Below, piece by piece: positions 7,832 to 16,468 of a DNA stretch of 41,352 nt. Source of the stretch: a virus (lineage: Duplodnaviria; Caudoviricetes). The translations under genes and the position numbers were made by a program. Under the pieces are notes generated by a model. The model had not been told where the DNA came from and did no database searches. It saw only the letters and a program-made list of their open reading frames with translations. The stretch is taken from IMG/VR virus record IMGVR_UViG_3300037423_000767, positions 1-41,352 of that record, one strand, 5' to 3'. The number at the start of each line of letters is the position of its first letter. The first letter of the stretch is position 1.

Positions 7832-8652
7832 GCGGACTCCTTATTATCATTCGCCGCTTCGCATGCCACGGCGGCACGCTTGCCGTCGCCTTTGCAGAAC
7901 ACCAAAACATTTTGATGCGTCTTGCCGACCTTGCGGCTTGTTCTGAATTGCTTCCCGGTACGGATCGGCAGGCTACCCGCAGCAGTGACGAGAATCGCCT
8001 CGTTGTAATAGCTTAGGCCCGCGTCGCGGAAAGCATTGATGGTATCAGGCACAAAACCGTAATAGTTGCCTCGCTTGTCGCGAACCTCGCCGACAACAAA
8101 GACGGCAAAGCGGTTCTCTTTCAGCATGGCGCACGTTGACGCGATAATGTCACGATACGCGGCAAGAAAGGCGCCGTAATCAAGCGTCGATAGATCGGCT
8201 GGATTGTCGCTGTAAACCTCAAGGTCGGCATACGGAGGACAACTAAACACCATGTCGTAATCGCCCGGAGCTATGTCTTTAATTCCGCGACTATCGCCAA
8301 TATGCCATTGCGGCACAGGACCAGTTCCGATGTGTGCCTGCGCCCGGTTGGCAGCTACCTGCTCGGCACGCAATTCAACCCCGGTATAGGCAAAGCCAAG
8401 CGAGCTTGCGACGATTCCGCGAACGCTACCACCGGCAAACGGATCCAGTATCTTGCCACCAGGCGGGCAGAACCAGCGGTAAGAAAGCTCACAAAGAACC
8501 GGGTCGAAGATGGAGGTGCCGGATTGCGGCACGGACAAATCTTCGTTAAAGCCGCCGAAGGTCAGCCCTTCGGCGGCTCCCCCGGTTTTACCAACAACAT
8601 GTTCACCGCGCATAAGGTCTTGTCCGAAGGTCCGTGCAAAGTTTTTTGCCAT
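7828..8652 (-). CDS. Amino (N4C/N6A-type) DNA methyltransferase-like protein, catalytic part
   Basis: GTSIFDPVLCE, ILDPFAGG SAM motif, FSCPPY catalytic motif; ends AANDNKESA. Confidence 0.85.
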   Translation of the reverse strand: MAKNFARTFGQDLMRGEHVVGKTGGAAEGLTFGGFNEDLSVPQSGTSIFDPVLCELSYRWFCPPGGKILDPFAGGSVRGIVASSLGFAYTGVELRAEQVAANRAQAHIGTGPVPQWHIGDSRGIKDIAPGDYDMVFSCPPYADLEVYSDNPADLSTLDYGAFLAAYRDIIASTCAMLKENRFAVFVVGEVRDKRGNYYGFVPDTINAFRDAGLSYYNEAILVTAAGSLPIRTGKQFRTSRKVGKTHQNVLVFCKGDGKRAAVACEAANDNKESA

Positions 8653-8722
8653 GGTTTGATTTTTCCTGTTGCTCTCTTTGCGAGTATGAGGCTCTCTCCG
8701 ACCACAACCGGAGCGAGAATCG

Positions 8723-8968
8723 ATGCATAAGAATTCACATGAAGCCGACGCCGCTATGTTGTCGGAATTGCCGCGCGCCACGTCTTTCGTGACGTCAATA
8801 TTTCTAGGGCGCGGCCAATATGCCAGGCACGAAAGTGGCAGCCTTGCGGCTGCTCGCACCGTTGGCGATCAAATGGCAGCACATTATCACAATGGCCGTA
8901 AGGCCCTTGTTTACGCGCAACTGCCTAGCGGCAGGCAGTTCCTTGTTCCTGAAACCTATAACGCTTAA
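8723..8968 (+). CDS. Hypothetical protein (81 aa), opposite orientation
   Basis: ORF preceded by CCACAACCGGAG RBS leader. Confidence 0.6.
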   Translation: MHKNSHEADAAMLSELPRATSFVTSIFLGRGQYARHESGSLAAARTVGDQMAAHYHNGRKALVYAQLPSGRQFLVPETYNA

Positions 8969-9004
8969 CCGAACGCAACCGAAGAACTCACAAGGAGATA
9001 CGGC

Positions 9005-9430
9005 ATGACCAAGACTTTCGCAAAACGCTTCAATGCACAACGCGCTGCCAAAGCGGCGCTCGGAAAAGATGCATCCGAGGGCAAGGAATTCGAGACGACC
9101 AAGTGCGACAATGGAAACTGGACGTGGCGCGCTATCGTCAATATCGAAAATCTCAAACCTGAAAGCCATCCGACCGCTGCCGCTAACGCTGAAAGTTGGA
9201 GTGCCATTCCGAGCGTTCGCAAGGCGCGCAAGAAGCAGATCGGCCTTACGCCGCCAGATTTTAGCGCCAAGACGCACGAACGCTATCGCGGAAAACTGGC
9301 TGCCGTCGTGGCCATGGTAGAGGCGCGCGACGTCGATGGTTTGCGAAGTTTCCATATCAATCCAGTGTCGACAAGCCCGAAGGCAATCATGCGTTATCGC
9401 GACAAGGCTTTAGCAGAGCTTACGCAATAG
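9005..9430 (+). CDS. Hypothetical basic protein (141 aa), opposite orientation
   Basis: AAGGAG RBS; PPDFSAKTHERYR and INPVSTSPKAIMRYRD segments. Confidence 0.7.
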   Translation: MTKTFAKRFNAQRAAKAALGKDASEGKEFETTKCDNGNWTWRAIVNIENLKPESHPTAAANAESWSAIPSVRKARKKQIGLTPPDFSAKTHERYRGKLAAVVAMVEARDVDGLRSFHINPVSTSPKAIMRYRDKALAELTQ

Positions 9431-10115
9431 CTGGACCAGTCACATTCCAAAACAGCACTAGCCCGCCGCCATGGCGGGCTTTGCATTCTGCCCACGCCTT
9501 GGCGTCGTAGTGCGGATCTGACGGAAAAGGCGGTTGTTGCTTGTGTGGTTTTCCGAATGGCAACGACTGCTTGACAATAATGGCGTTATCGACGTCGCGA
9601 TAGGTCAGTTCTCGCCCAACCTCGACTGAATACCGGCTCGCCCAAGGCCACGCCCTTGCCAATCCGCGCGCAAGTGTACCGCTGCCCGATGCGCACCATA
9701 CCTCGTCAGGAACCATCCCGGTAGCCAATGCCGCCTGCACTATTGCATCGACAGCACCAGGCATCCCGAATCTTGCTAACCTGGCTCCTGTTCGGTCGCA
9801 GTATTCTTCCGCTCTTGCCTGCACGACAGAAAGGTAGCCAGGCGCTACGAAATGGTATGATGCGCCTAAGCGCTGCCCCATCGCAACGCGAGGATGCTGT
9901 TCCTTGCGTGCGGCGCAGAATAGCGTTGCTCGCTTGCCCAATTGTGCCGCCACATGCGCTAGCGCCGTCTGCGCACCGCCTTCGCATGGCGTGGCGTAGA
10001 CGATCTCGTCGGCGTCATCGAACAGCGCTGGAATGAAGCGCGCCTTTGTGCCGCCAGGATATAGGTCATCGCGTATGACGTGTATCCCGTCGTGAACTTC
10101 AACTATCGGCTTCAC
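9420..10115 (-). CDS. PLP-dependent enzyme, fold type II (ACC deaminase/TrpB-like)
   Basis: RDDLYPGGTKARF (Schiff-base Lys), CASGSGTLARGL phosphate loop, DPHYDAKAW, FWNV. Confidence 0.8.
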   Translation of the reverse strand: MKPIVEVHDGIHVIRDDLYPGGTKARFIPALFDDADEIVYATPCEGGAQTALAHVAAQLGKRATLFCAARKEQHPRVAMGQRLGASYHFVAPGYLSVVQARAEEYCDRTGARLARFGMPGAVDAIVQAALATGMVPDEVWCASGSGTLARGLARAWPWASRYSVEVGRELTYRDVDNAIIVKQSLPFGKPHKQQPPFPSDPHYDAKAWAECKARHGGGLVLFWNVTGPAIA

Positions 10116-10149
10116 TTTGCGTATTTTCCTATTCCAGTAAGTCCACGCA

Positions 10150-10431
10150 TCACGCTATTTGGTCCTCCGCCGCCCGACATTCTGCCTTTCTTGTGCCGGA
10201 TTTCTTGATTGCTTCACGTCGCTCGATTGCCCCCCCCATGGCCGTTAGGTCCTCACCGCGGCCCAATTCACTCTGAATCCCCATCGCCAACCAGGCGCGC
10301 TTGCGTTCCTGCCACCATCCCTCGCGCGCCGAAAGGACGCTAAATGGCGGGATTAAGAACGTGTCCCCAAGCTTACTTGTGTGTTTCTTTTCGACGGCTT
10401 CGCCGAAAAGGTCTGTGCCGTGCAGGTTCAT
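10150..10431 (-). CDS. Probable N-terminal fragment of the amino-methyltransferase family protein
   Basis: FLIPPFSVLSAREGWWQERKRAWLAMGIQSELGR, which I recall preceding GTSIFDP in single-chain phage homologs. Confidence 0.6.
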   Translation of the reverse strand: MNLHGTDLFGEAVEKKHTSKLGDTFLIPPFSVLSAREGWWQERKRAWLAMGIQSELGRGEDLTAMGGAIERREAIKKSGTRKAECRAAEDQIA

Positions 10432-10994
10432 GCTACCTCCTTAAACAGCGGCAAGCCGTTATCATTCGCCGCAAACTTGTCGGTCTGATTTCCCCACGCT
10501 CGCCAATTCGGCCAGGCTTGGCGCGCGAATAGCTCTAGATACGGCCCGTCAACCAATCGCTCTATCCTCTCATATTGCTCATCCGGCTTGCGGCTATGCT
10601 CGCGGCGCGGTGCGCGGATTACCTGGCGCACACCTTTGCCTAGGCGCCGTGGCTTACCGCGCTTAAAAAGATGGCAAATCTCCACCTCCTGTCGCGTCCA
10701 GTAGCCCATTCCCATCTTGCCCTTGTCCCAAACAAAGGCGACGCTCACAGGCTCAAATCCCCACGCGCGGCCGACGTCGAATGCCTGCGATTGCAGATGG
10801 CTTACCGTCCACATGAACAGAAGGCAGTCCTTGGCAGCAACCGCTGCGACGGGTAGCGCCTTGATGGCGTCAAGCGACATCACCGGATACGGCTGCTCGC
10901 CGCGTGCAGGTGCCACGTTGTCGTTTGCATAGGTACGGAACGACCACGGAGGATCCGCAAGGATGCAGCCGAACGGGCCTTCAGGAAGCGTCAT
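10428..10994 (-). CDS. MT-A70 family adenine methyltransferase
   Basis: ILADPPW, LFMW, GMGYWTR, HSRKP, ELFAR, WGNQ. Confidence 0.9.
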   Translation of the reverse strand: MTLPEGPFGCILADPPWSFRTYANDNVAPARGEQPYPVMSLDAIKALPVAAVAAKDCLLFMWTVSHLQSQAFDVGRAWGFEPVSVAFVWDKGKMGMGYWTRQEVEICHLFKRGKPRRLGKGVRQVIRAPRREHSRKPDEQYERIERLVDGPYLELFARQAWPNWRAWGNQTDKFAANDNGLPLFKEVA

Positions 10995-11127
10995 ATTCAA
11001 CAAACCAATCCTCGTAAGCAGCGACGTTGGCCATTGCTTCTTCAAGCGATTCCAGATCGCGCCAATAGGCTTCGTAATCCGGCTCGTATTCGTGTGGTGC
11101 GGATAGCCAAGCGATGGAGTAGGTCAT
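10981..11127 (-). CDS. Small acidic hypothetical protein (48 aa)
   Basis: ATGA-coupled; MTYSIAWLSAPHEYEPDYEAYW. Confidence 0.55.
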   Translation of the reverse strand: MTYSIAWLSAPHEYEPDYEAYWRDLESLEEAMANVAAYEDWFVEYDAS

Positions 11128-11300
11128 GCGAAACCCAACAGCGCAGCGGTGAAAGCATAGGCAAAGACGGGCGGCAGAATGAGCGGCCATGCGGCAACTA
11201 CTGCGGCCTTCTTGTACGGTCGGCCATCGGCTACAGAGTTGACAAAGCCAACCGCAAGCGGAAGGCCGCCGACGTACAGATAAAATGCAAGCCAGAACAT
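11124..11300 (-). CDS. Small membrane protein (58 aa)
   Basis: Manual translation MFWLAFYLYVGGLPLAVGF...AAWPLILPPVFAYAF; coupled at both ends. Confidence 0.6.
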   Translation of the reverse strand: MFWLAFYLYVGGLPLAVGFVNSVADGRPYKKAAVVAAWPLILPPVFAYAFTAALLGFA

Positions 11301-12016
11301 CAAACCACCTTCTCCTCAAACACCCGAAACCCTGGCACCGACCGCATACCGGCACGCACAACGCCTTCGGCCATTGTCTGCACCATCTGCCGGAATTGCT
11401 CCGGCGCGCGCCCATACGCCCAATCCAGCGCCGCGGCCTCGTCCTTCAGTTCCGCCCGCCAAATAGTGCGCAGACCAAGTCCGCTGGCTGCCGCCTTGTC
11501 GTCGCGCCTGGCCTGCTTCTCCGCCTGCTTAGCCTCGACAAGCAGCGCCTCCGCTTCCTCGCGTGCCGCAAGGTTGCCAGCGCTAGCGCGGATAGCGTCC
11601 TGCGCCTCCTTGGCGATGCGCTCGGCCTCAAGGCGTGCAGCCGCGGCAATGGCTGCCTTCTCGTCCGCAATGCGCTTGCGCCACGCGGCAAGCAGTTCGC
11701 CTAGAGACGCCTTAGCCTGGTCGACCTTACCTTTCTTCGGCTGAATAAACGGATTGAACCGCTCCTGAATGGCGGCAATCTGCTCGTCCAGCGGCTTCTT
11801 GGCTTCCACACGAAGTGCGTCGGCAGCCTTGCCGGCCTCATGGATTGCATCGCGCAGCGCCGTTACGGTGTCATGCATTGCCTCTGAGTCTATGGCTTGA
11901 CCATCGGCAAAATGGCGCGCCTCGTCGTAAAGGTCAGCGATTGCTTGGAGGGAATCGTCAATCGGGTCTGTCGGGTGGTTGTGGCCGATAACGGCGGCGG
12001 GGTTTAGTAGGGTCAT
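11300..12016 (-). CDS. Coiled-coil phage protein
   Basis: IGHNHP N-terminus, Ala/Glu/Lys helical body, VPGFRVFEE C-terminus. Confidence 0.7.
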   Translation of the reverse strand: MTLLNPAAVIGHNHPTDPIDDSLQAIADLYDEARHFADGQAIDSEAMHDTVTALRDAIHEAGKAADALRVEAKKPLDEQIAAIQERFNPFIQPKKGKVDQAKASLGELLAAWRKRIADEKAAIAAAARLEAERIAKEAQDAIRASAGNLAAREEAEALLVEAKQAEKQARRDDKAAASGLGLRTIWRAELKDEAAALDWAYGRAPEQFRQMVQTMAEGVVRAGMRSVPGFRVFEEKVV

Positions 12017-12099
12017 TTTGTAACCTTCACGCTTCATATCTGGCGAATATGTATCGCCAACGTTTCATTAGGTTATACGGTTGTGCGTATATTCGGTAT

Positions 12100-12309
12100 T
12101 TATGCGGCTTCGCGTATTTCCCACCCGTCGCGAGCGTGTGCTTGAGCGAGCCTAATGGCGTCCTCGCGCACAATGATGTAGCCAGCCGCACGCAACGCGC
12201 TAACGCACTGCACCGCTAGTGCCGGTGCGCCAACGTAGCTATTGCAGCAGCCGCGCAGTTCGGCGGTGAGGACTTCTGCGGGTGTCCTGCTAAAATGGGA
12301 TCGAGTCAT
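12100..12309 (-). CDS. Hypothetical protein
   Basis: ORF overlapping the helicase end, GGAG RBS; ends EAA. Confidence 0.55.
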   Translation of the reverse strand: MTRSHFSRTPAEVLTAELRGCCNSYVGAPALAVQCVSALRAAGYIIVREDAIRLAQAHARDGWEIREAA

Positions 12310-13993
12310 CAAGTTCACTCCACCTTACGTTTCCAATTCCATTGTCGTTAGCTGCGGTCGGCTCGTTGTCGTTGTCGTGCGCCTTCTCGGTTCCTGCGCG
12401 CACGTCCTTCACCGTCCAATATTTCCCGTCAGGGGCCACCGCTATTTCGGCGGTCACATTCAATTCGCGTTGCCGCTCAAGCCAGGCCATCACACTGTCA
12501 GGGAACGGCCGGCCGCCCGAATGTTGCGCCCACCAACGGTTAGCCTTGTTCTTGGCAAAGCCCTGATGCTGTGGGCAAAGCCATTCGCGGATTGCCGTCA
12601 TGCCGCATGTGTAAGTCACCTTCACGCTAGGCGGCTTGTCGCCCTTGCCTTCATGGAAGTCGAATCGCCGCTCGGTGACTGGACGCCACGTTGCCTCGCC
12701 GCGAGACAGCATCGGTACGTCTTCGGCTTGGCCTGTAATCTTCGGCGCGTCGTCAATCGGGAAGTCGTATCCGCAATCCGGGCAGCAGCGTGCGGACGCA
12801 TGCACCAGAGAGCCGCAGCCACTCTGACCTTTGGCGTCTGGCCGGTCCTGCGGACACTGCTTGACCGGCGCCTCGCCGCTACCGCTGCGCATGTGCGGCG
12901 GTACAACGGCATCGATCGGCCCGTGCTTGCGCACCACGCCAGCGAAGTCGAGAAACAAACAGTTCTCCTTGCCGGGATAAAGACGCAAGCCGCGCCCAGC
13001 CATCTGCACATAGAGCCCAGCGGACAGAGTCGGGCGGCAGAACGCAACCAAGTCGATGATCGGCAGATTTGTGCCTGTGGTCAGCACCGAATTGTTGCTC
13101 ACCGCCTTAATCTTACCAGCCTTGAAATCGGCCAGGATACGGTCGCGCTCTGCGGTTGGTGTCTCGCCGGAAATCGCCTCACAGGTAATGCCCCTGCTGC
13201 GTATCTCGTCGCGCATGTGAAAGGCATGTTCGACACCGCTGCAGAACAACAGCCACGCGCGCCGGACGCGACCATATGTCAGGATTTCATCGACCACCGC
13301 TGCGTTGACGTCATCTTTGTCGACGGCGGCCTGCAACTTGCCTTGATTATAATCGCCGCCAACCTTGCCGACGCCAGTCAGGTCGAACGCCGTAGCCATG
13401 CCCTTGCTGATCGGACGGCAGAGGTAGCCGCCGTCGATCATGTCGCCGATGGGCTGTTCAAAGCATACGTCATCGAACATGGCGCCTTCGCCTTCGGTGA
13501 GGCGGCCCTCGCCAAGGCGGTAGTCCGTAGCGGTCAGCCCAATGCGCTTGACGTCGGGGTTGATAGCCTCGAGGCCTGCAAACAGCTTGCCGTACTGCGT
13601 GTCGGCCTTGCGCGGGATGAGGTGCGCCTCATCGATCGCCACAAGGTCGAAGTGGCCAAGCTCCTCGGTCTTGTTGTAGATCGTTTGAACGCCGCCAAAG
13701 ACGATTTGCGCATGCGAGTCGCGGCGGCCAACGCCAGCCGAATAGATGCCTGCCGGCGCAAACGGCCAGATAGTCAGCAACTCCTTGTAGTTGCCAAGGA
13801 TGAGCTCGCGGACATGCGTGACGATCAGGATCCGCATTTCTGGATAGCCGGCAAGCAGTTCCTTGCAGATGGTGGCAAGCACTAGGCTTTTTCCTGCTCC
13901 GGTCGGCAAGACGATAAGCGGCGAGCCTGCCTTATCCTGCCAATAGGCGAATAGCGCATCGACAGCGGCTCTCTGATAATCGCGGAGTTGCAT
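12290..13993 (-). CDS. SF2 (DEAH) helicase, RadD/YejH-like with Zn finger
   Basis: LRDYQ, PTGAGKS, DEAH, TAT, QMAGRGLR, CPxC motifs; ends LDDSIPF. Confidence 0.92.
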   Translation of the reverse strand: MQLRDYQRAAVDALFAYWQDKAGSPLIVLPTGAGKSLVLATICKELLAGYPEMRILIVTHVRELILGNYKELLTIWPFAPAGIYSAGVGRRDSHAQIVFGGVQTIYNKTEELGHFDLVAIDEAHLIPRKADTQYGKLFAGLEAINPDVKRIGLTATDYRLGEGRLTEGEGAMFDDVCFEQPIGDMIDGGYLCRPISKGMATAFDLTGVGKVGGDYNQGKLQAAVDKDDVNAAVVDEILTYGRVRRAWLLFCSGVEHAFHMRDEIRSRGITCEAISGETPTAERDRILADFKAGKIKAVSNNSVLTTGTNLPIIDLVAFCRPTLSAGLYVQMAGRGLRLYPGKENCLFLDFAGVVRKHGPIDAVVPPHMRSGSGEAPVKQCPQDRPDAKGQSGCGSLVHASARCCPDCGYDFPIDDAPKITGQAEDVPMLSRGEATWRPVTERRFDFHEGKGDKPPSVKVTYTCGMTAIREWLCPQHQGFAKNKANRWWAQHSGGRPFPDSVMAWLERQRELNVTAEIAVAPDGKYWTVKDVRAGTEKAHDNDNEPTAANDNGIGNVRWSELDDSIPF

Positions 13994-14505
13994 CAAGCCG
14001 CCACCCTACGCACCAACTCTTCACGTGCTCGCTCGGTAAGCTGCCGCACGCGCTCGACGCCAATGCCGCGGCGGGCGGCAACATCCTTAAGCATCTCGCC
14101 GCCACCGATGCGCACAAGCATGCGGCCTTCACGGCTACGCGATAGGCGCCGCACGATCTGGTTGGCGTAAACGATGTCCTCTTGGTTGGCAGGCGTCGAA
14201 ACACCCACAAGCGCTGCCAACGTTTCTTTCGGCATGTTCTTGCGCGCGTTAGCCGCGACATGGCGCTTGCCCTGCGCGATAGAGCGCATATTGAGCGTCA
14301 GCCAATTGTACATGCCATTGCGTGGTGCGGACGGGTCGTTGCGGAAGTTCGTCCAATGGTTGAACACATAAGCCATAGTGTCCTGCACGAGCTCGTCGCG
14401 CTCGTCCATTGTTTTGGTAAGTTTGCGTGCTAGTTTCTTGAGGCCGGGAAGATAGGCCATTACGGCTTTGTCGAACTCTTTAGGCCGCCGCTGCAATGTC
14501 GTCAC
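13993..14505 (-). CDS. ECF-type sigma-70 family factor
   Basis: Region 2 LPGLKKLARKLT...DELVQDT; region 4 LKDVAARRGIGVERVRQL. Confidence 0.78.
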   Translation of the reverse strand: MTTLQRRPKEFDKAVMAYLPGLKKLARKLTKTMDERDELVQDTMAYVFNHWTNFRNDPSAPRNGMYNWLTLNMRSIAQGKRHVAANARKNMPKETLAALVGVSTPANQEDIVYANQIVRRLSRSREGRMLVRIGGGEMLKDVAARRGIGVERVRQLTERAREELVRRVAA

Positions 14506-15457
14506 TCACGCCTCCATCAATCCATTCAGACCCATCCGCCATGCGATAACGGATCCGCTCATTTTCCTCATCCACGTCCAGAAGTTCGCCCGGCACTAGC
14601 GCCGGGATGAATAGGTGCGCTGGACACGAATCCTTTTGCTCTTGCACGGCGAGCGGCTTGCTCCACCTGGCGCACGACCACGCCGCATCGCCTCCCATTT
14701 CAGGAGTCGAATGCAAGCAAGAGCGGCAAGTCACTCGCGGCAGTTTCGCCTCGTGGCAAACCTCACGGTGCCGGCAGAAGCGGCAACCGAAGAAGTCCTG
14801 CTTTTCGCTTATGCGGCTTGGCGGCTCTGCAGAGTTGATAATGCGCTCGGCTCGAGCCAACTGGCGCAGCGTCCATTCAACGTCGTACTCAACGCGCTCG
14901 GAATAGAGCGTATCGGTGTTCTTGCATGCCGCCAGGTACAGCGCGCGTGATAAACCGAATTGGTGCATTCCAAGCTGGCACTGGCCAAAGTGCAACGGCT
15001 TGCTTACGCGGATGCCCTTGCCGCCATGGCGCGGGTCGTGCTTGTGAAGATCCTTCATCCCCTTTTCGTTGGATGACTTGAATTCCAGAAGGTGCTCGGT
15101 CTGCGGCGCCTCTGGTATGTTCATGCCCTTGCCGTCGCACTTGCCGCGGACATGCGAGCCGACAAGCCGAATGCGGTCCTGCTGGCCGTACACTTCGACG
15201 CCAATGCGTTGCAGGTCAGCAACCAGTCGGTCTTCCTCAAGATTGCCGGTCTGAAACAGACGCAGTTGGCGGCCCGCTAGTTGTTCAGGCTCGCTCGCCC
15301 ACCGGAAGGTGTACCATAGCGCGCGATCGCATTCCGTAGCCGCCTCGCCTACCGATATGCCAAGGCTATCGTAATGCTCATGCTCGGCCTCATAAGCGGC
15401 ATAAATCGCCACTACGGTTGGCGTCTCACCTGGCGTTTCTGTGGGGATTTTTGCCAC
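14480..15457 (-). CDS. Cas4-like PD-(D/E)xK exonuclease with Fe-S cysteines
   Basis: CDRALW, GKCDG, LLEFKS, QCQLGM, CRFCRHREVC. Confidence 0.82.
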   Translation of the reverse strand: MAKIPTETPGETPTVVAIYAAYEAEHEHYDSLGISVGEAATECDRALWYTFRWASEPEQLAGRQLRLFQTGNLEEDRLVADLQRIGVEVYGQQDRIRLVGSHVRGKCDGKGMNIPEAPQTEHLLEFKSSNEKGMKDLHKHDPRHGGKGIRVSKPLHFGQCQLGMHQFGLSRALYLAACKNTDTLYSERVEYDVEWTLRQLARAERIINSAEPPSRISEKQDFFGCRFCRHREVCHEAKLPRVTCRSCLHSTPEMGGDAAWSCARWSKPLAVQEQKDSCPAHLFIPALVPGELLDVDEENERIRYRMADGSEWIDGGVSDDIAAAA

Positions 15458-15958
15458 TCAACACACCTCAATGTGAAACGGCGCCCTTACAGCACCGCAA
15501 TGCGCTTCAGCGGCGGCTAGCGCGGCCACCACGCGTTGTTCTGGCGCGCCCAACGAGCCGTGTAGCCTGCCGAGCGCATACGGCTCGCCCTGGCCCGCCG
15601 CGGTGTAAGCCGGATATTCGGCAACGCTGTAGTCGCTGCTGATTTTGAATAGGCGGCCTTTGTCGCCAACGGCGGCAACGCAGATTAGGATTTCGTCGGT
15701 CTCCTTGCCGGCGAAACCGCGCAAGATGGGCACGACTTCATTGACGATGTGCGCCATGGCGTCGCCTTCTACGGCAGGCAGCGTTGCATACTGCAACAAC
15801 TGCCCAACGCGGAACGAGCCGGTGAAGCCAATCACATAGTCGCCATTTCGGAAGACCTTGCGATTGAGCTTGGTTTCGACGGCGTCACCAGCTACGGCGG
15901 CACTGTCGCCACAGATAAACACGCGGTCGTTATCAATGAGGCCGACTAGGCAAGTCAT
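15458..15958 (-). CDS. HslV/proteasome-beta-like Ntn peptidase
   Basis: Begins M-T-C-L-V-G, GDS, RKVF, GFTGS, AAGQGEPYALG. Confidence 0.7.
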   Translation of the reverse strand: MTCLVGLIDNDRVFICGDSAAVAGDAVETKLNRKVFRNGDYVIGFTGSFRVGQLLQYATLPAVEGDAMAHIVNEVVPILRGFAGKETDEILICVAAVGDKGRLFKISSDYSVAEYPAYTAAGQGEPYALGRLHGSLGAPEQRVVAALAAAEAHCGAVRAPFHIEVC

Positions 15959-16134
15959 CAGCGGGCACCAACGACTTCGACGCCGTGGTCTTCCTCGTCA
16001 ATGACGTCCTCATAGTCCTCGTCATGGAAGAGATCTATTGCCTCTGCCCTTGTGACAGGCTCGGCAAACACAACCTTAAGGCACGACATGCGGTTGACGT
16101 CGATGCTCCAAACTTCTTTCTTGGTATCGCTCAC
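15958..16134 (-). CDS. Small acidic hypothetical protein (58 aa)
   Basis: Manual translation; GTGA/TGATG coupling. Confidence 0.55.
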   Translation of the reverse strand: MSDTKKEVWSIDVNRMSCLKVVFAEPVTRAEAIDLFHDEDYEDVIDEEDHGVEVVGAR

Positions 16135-16292
16135 TTACTCTTCTCCACCTCTGCCGCAGCCACCTTCTCGCAATCAAAGGCCACGCGCTCGAGGTCGTAG
16201 CTTTCCTGCCGATAGCTCTTGCCGCGCACGATAAGCGCGGCTTCTCTTAGGTGCTGCGCGGCCACCTCAAGTTGGGTTGCTGCGGCGGTCAT
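16131..16292 (-). CDS. Small hypothetical protein (53 aa)
   Basis: Manual translation MTAAATQLEVAAQHLREAA; ATGA coupling. Confidence 0.5.
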   Translation of the reverse strand: MTAAATQLEVAAQHLREAALIVRGKSYRQESYDLERVAFDCEKVAAAEVEKSK

Positions 16293-16465
16293 GCGCGTTT
16301 CTTCTTCGATAGGAGCCGATGGTCCAGCATCGCAATTGACGCGTCGCCGATTGATTCAAATTTCGGATCGACGGTGCGTTCCAAAATCAGAAGCGCCTCA
16401 TCTGCGTTTCCGCTGCGTAGTTCGGCAATCGCCTTGCGCAACAACTTCTCGACTTCCGCCTCCAT
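16289..16465 (-). CDS. Small hypothetical protein (58 aa)
   Basis: Manual translation MEAEVEKLLRKAIAELRSG. Confidence 0.55.
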   Translation of the reverse strand: MEAEVEKLLRKAIAELRSGNADEALLILERTVDPKFESIGDASIAMLDHRLLSKKKRA

Positions 16466-16468
16466 CGC

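Noticed and set aside
8653-10149. Intron or IS splitting the methyltransferase
   Set aside because: No splice-structure hallmarks, transposase, terminal repeats or target duplication were seen
12242-13885. 547-aa plus-strand ORF (also 794-1741, 19610-20653, 31366-32424)
   Set aside because: Antisense shadows of well-supported minus-strand genes in GC-rich DNA; no recognisable motifs
14480-15457. cas4 as part of a CRISPR-Cas locus
   Set aside because: No other cas genes or array; it lies in the Sak4/SSB recombination module
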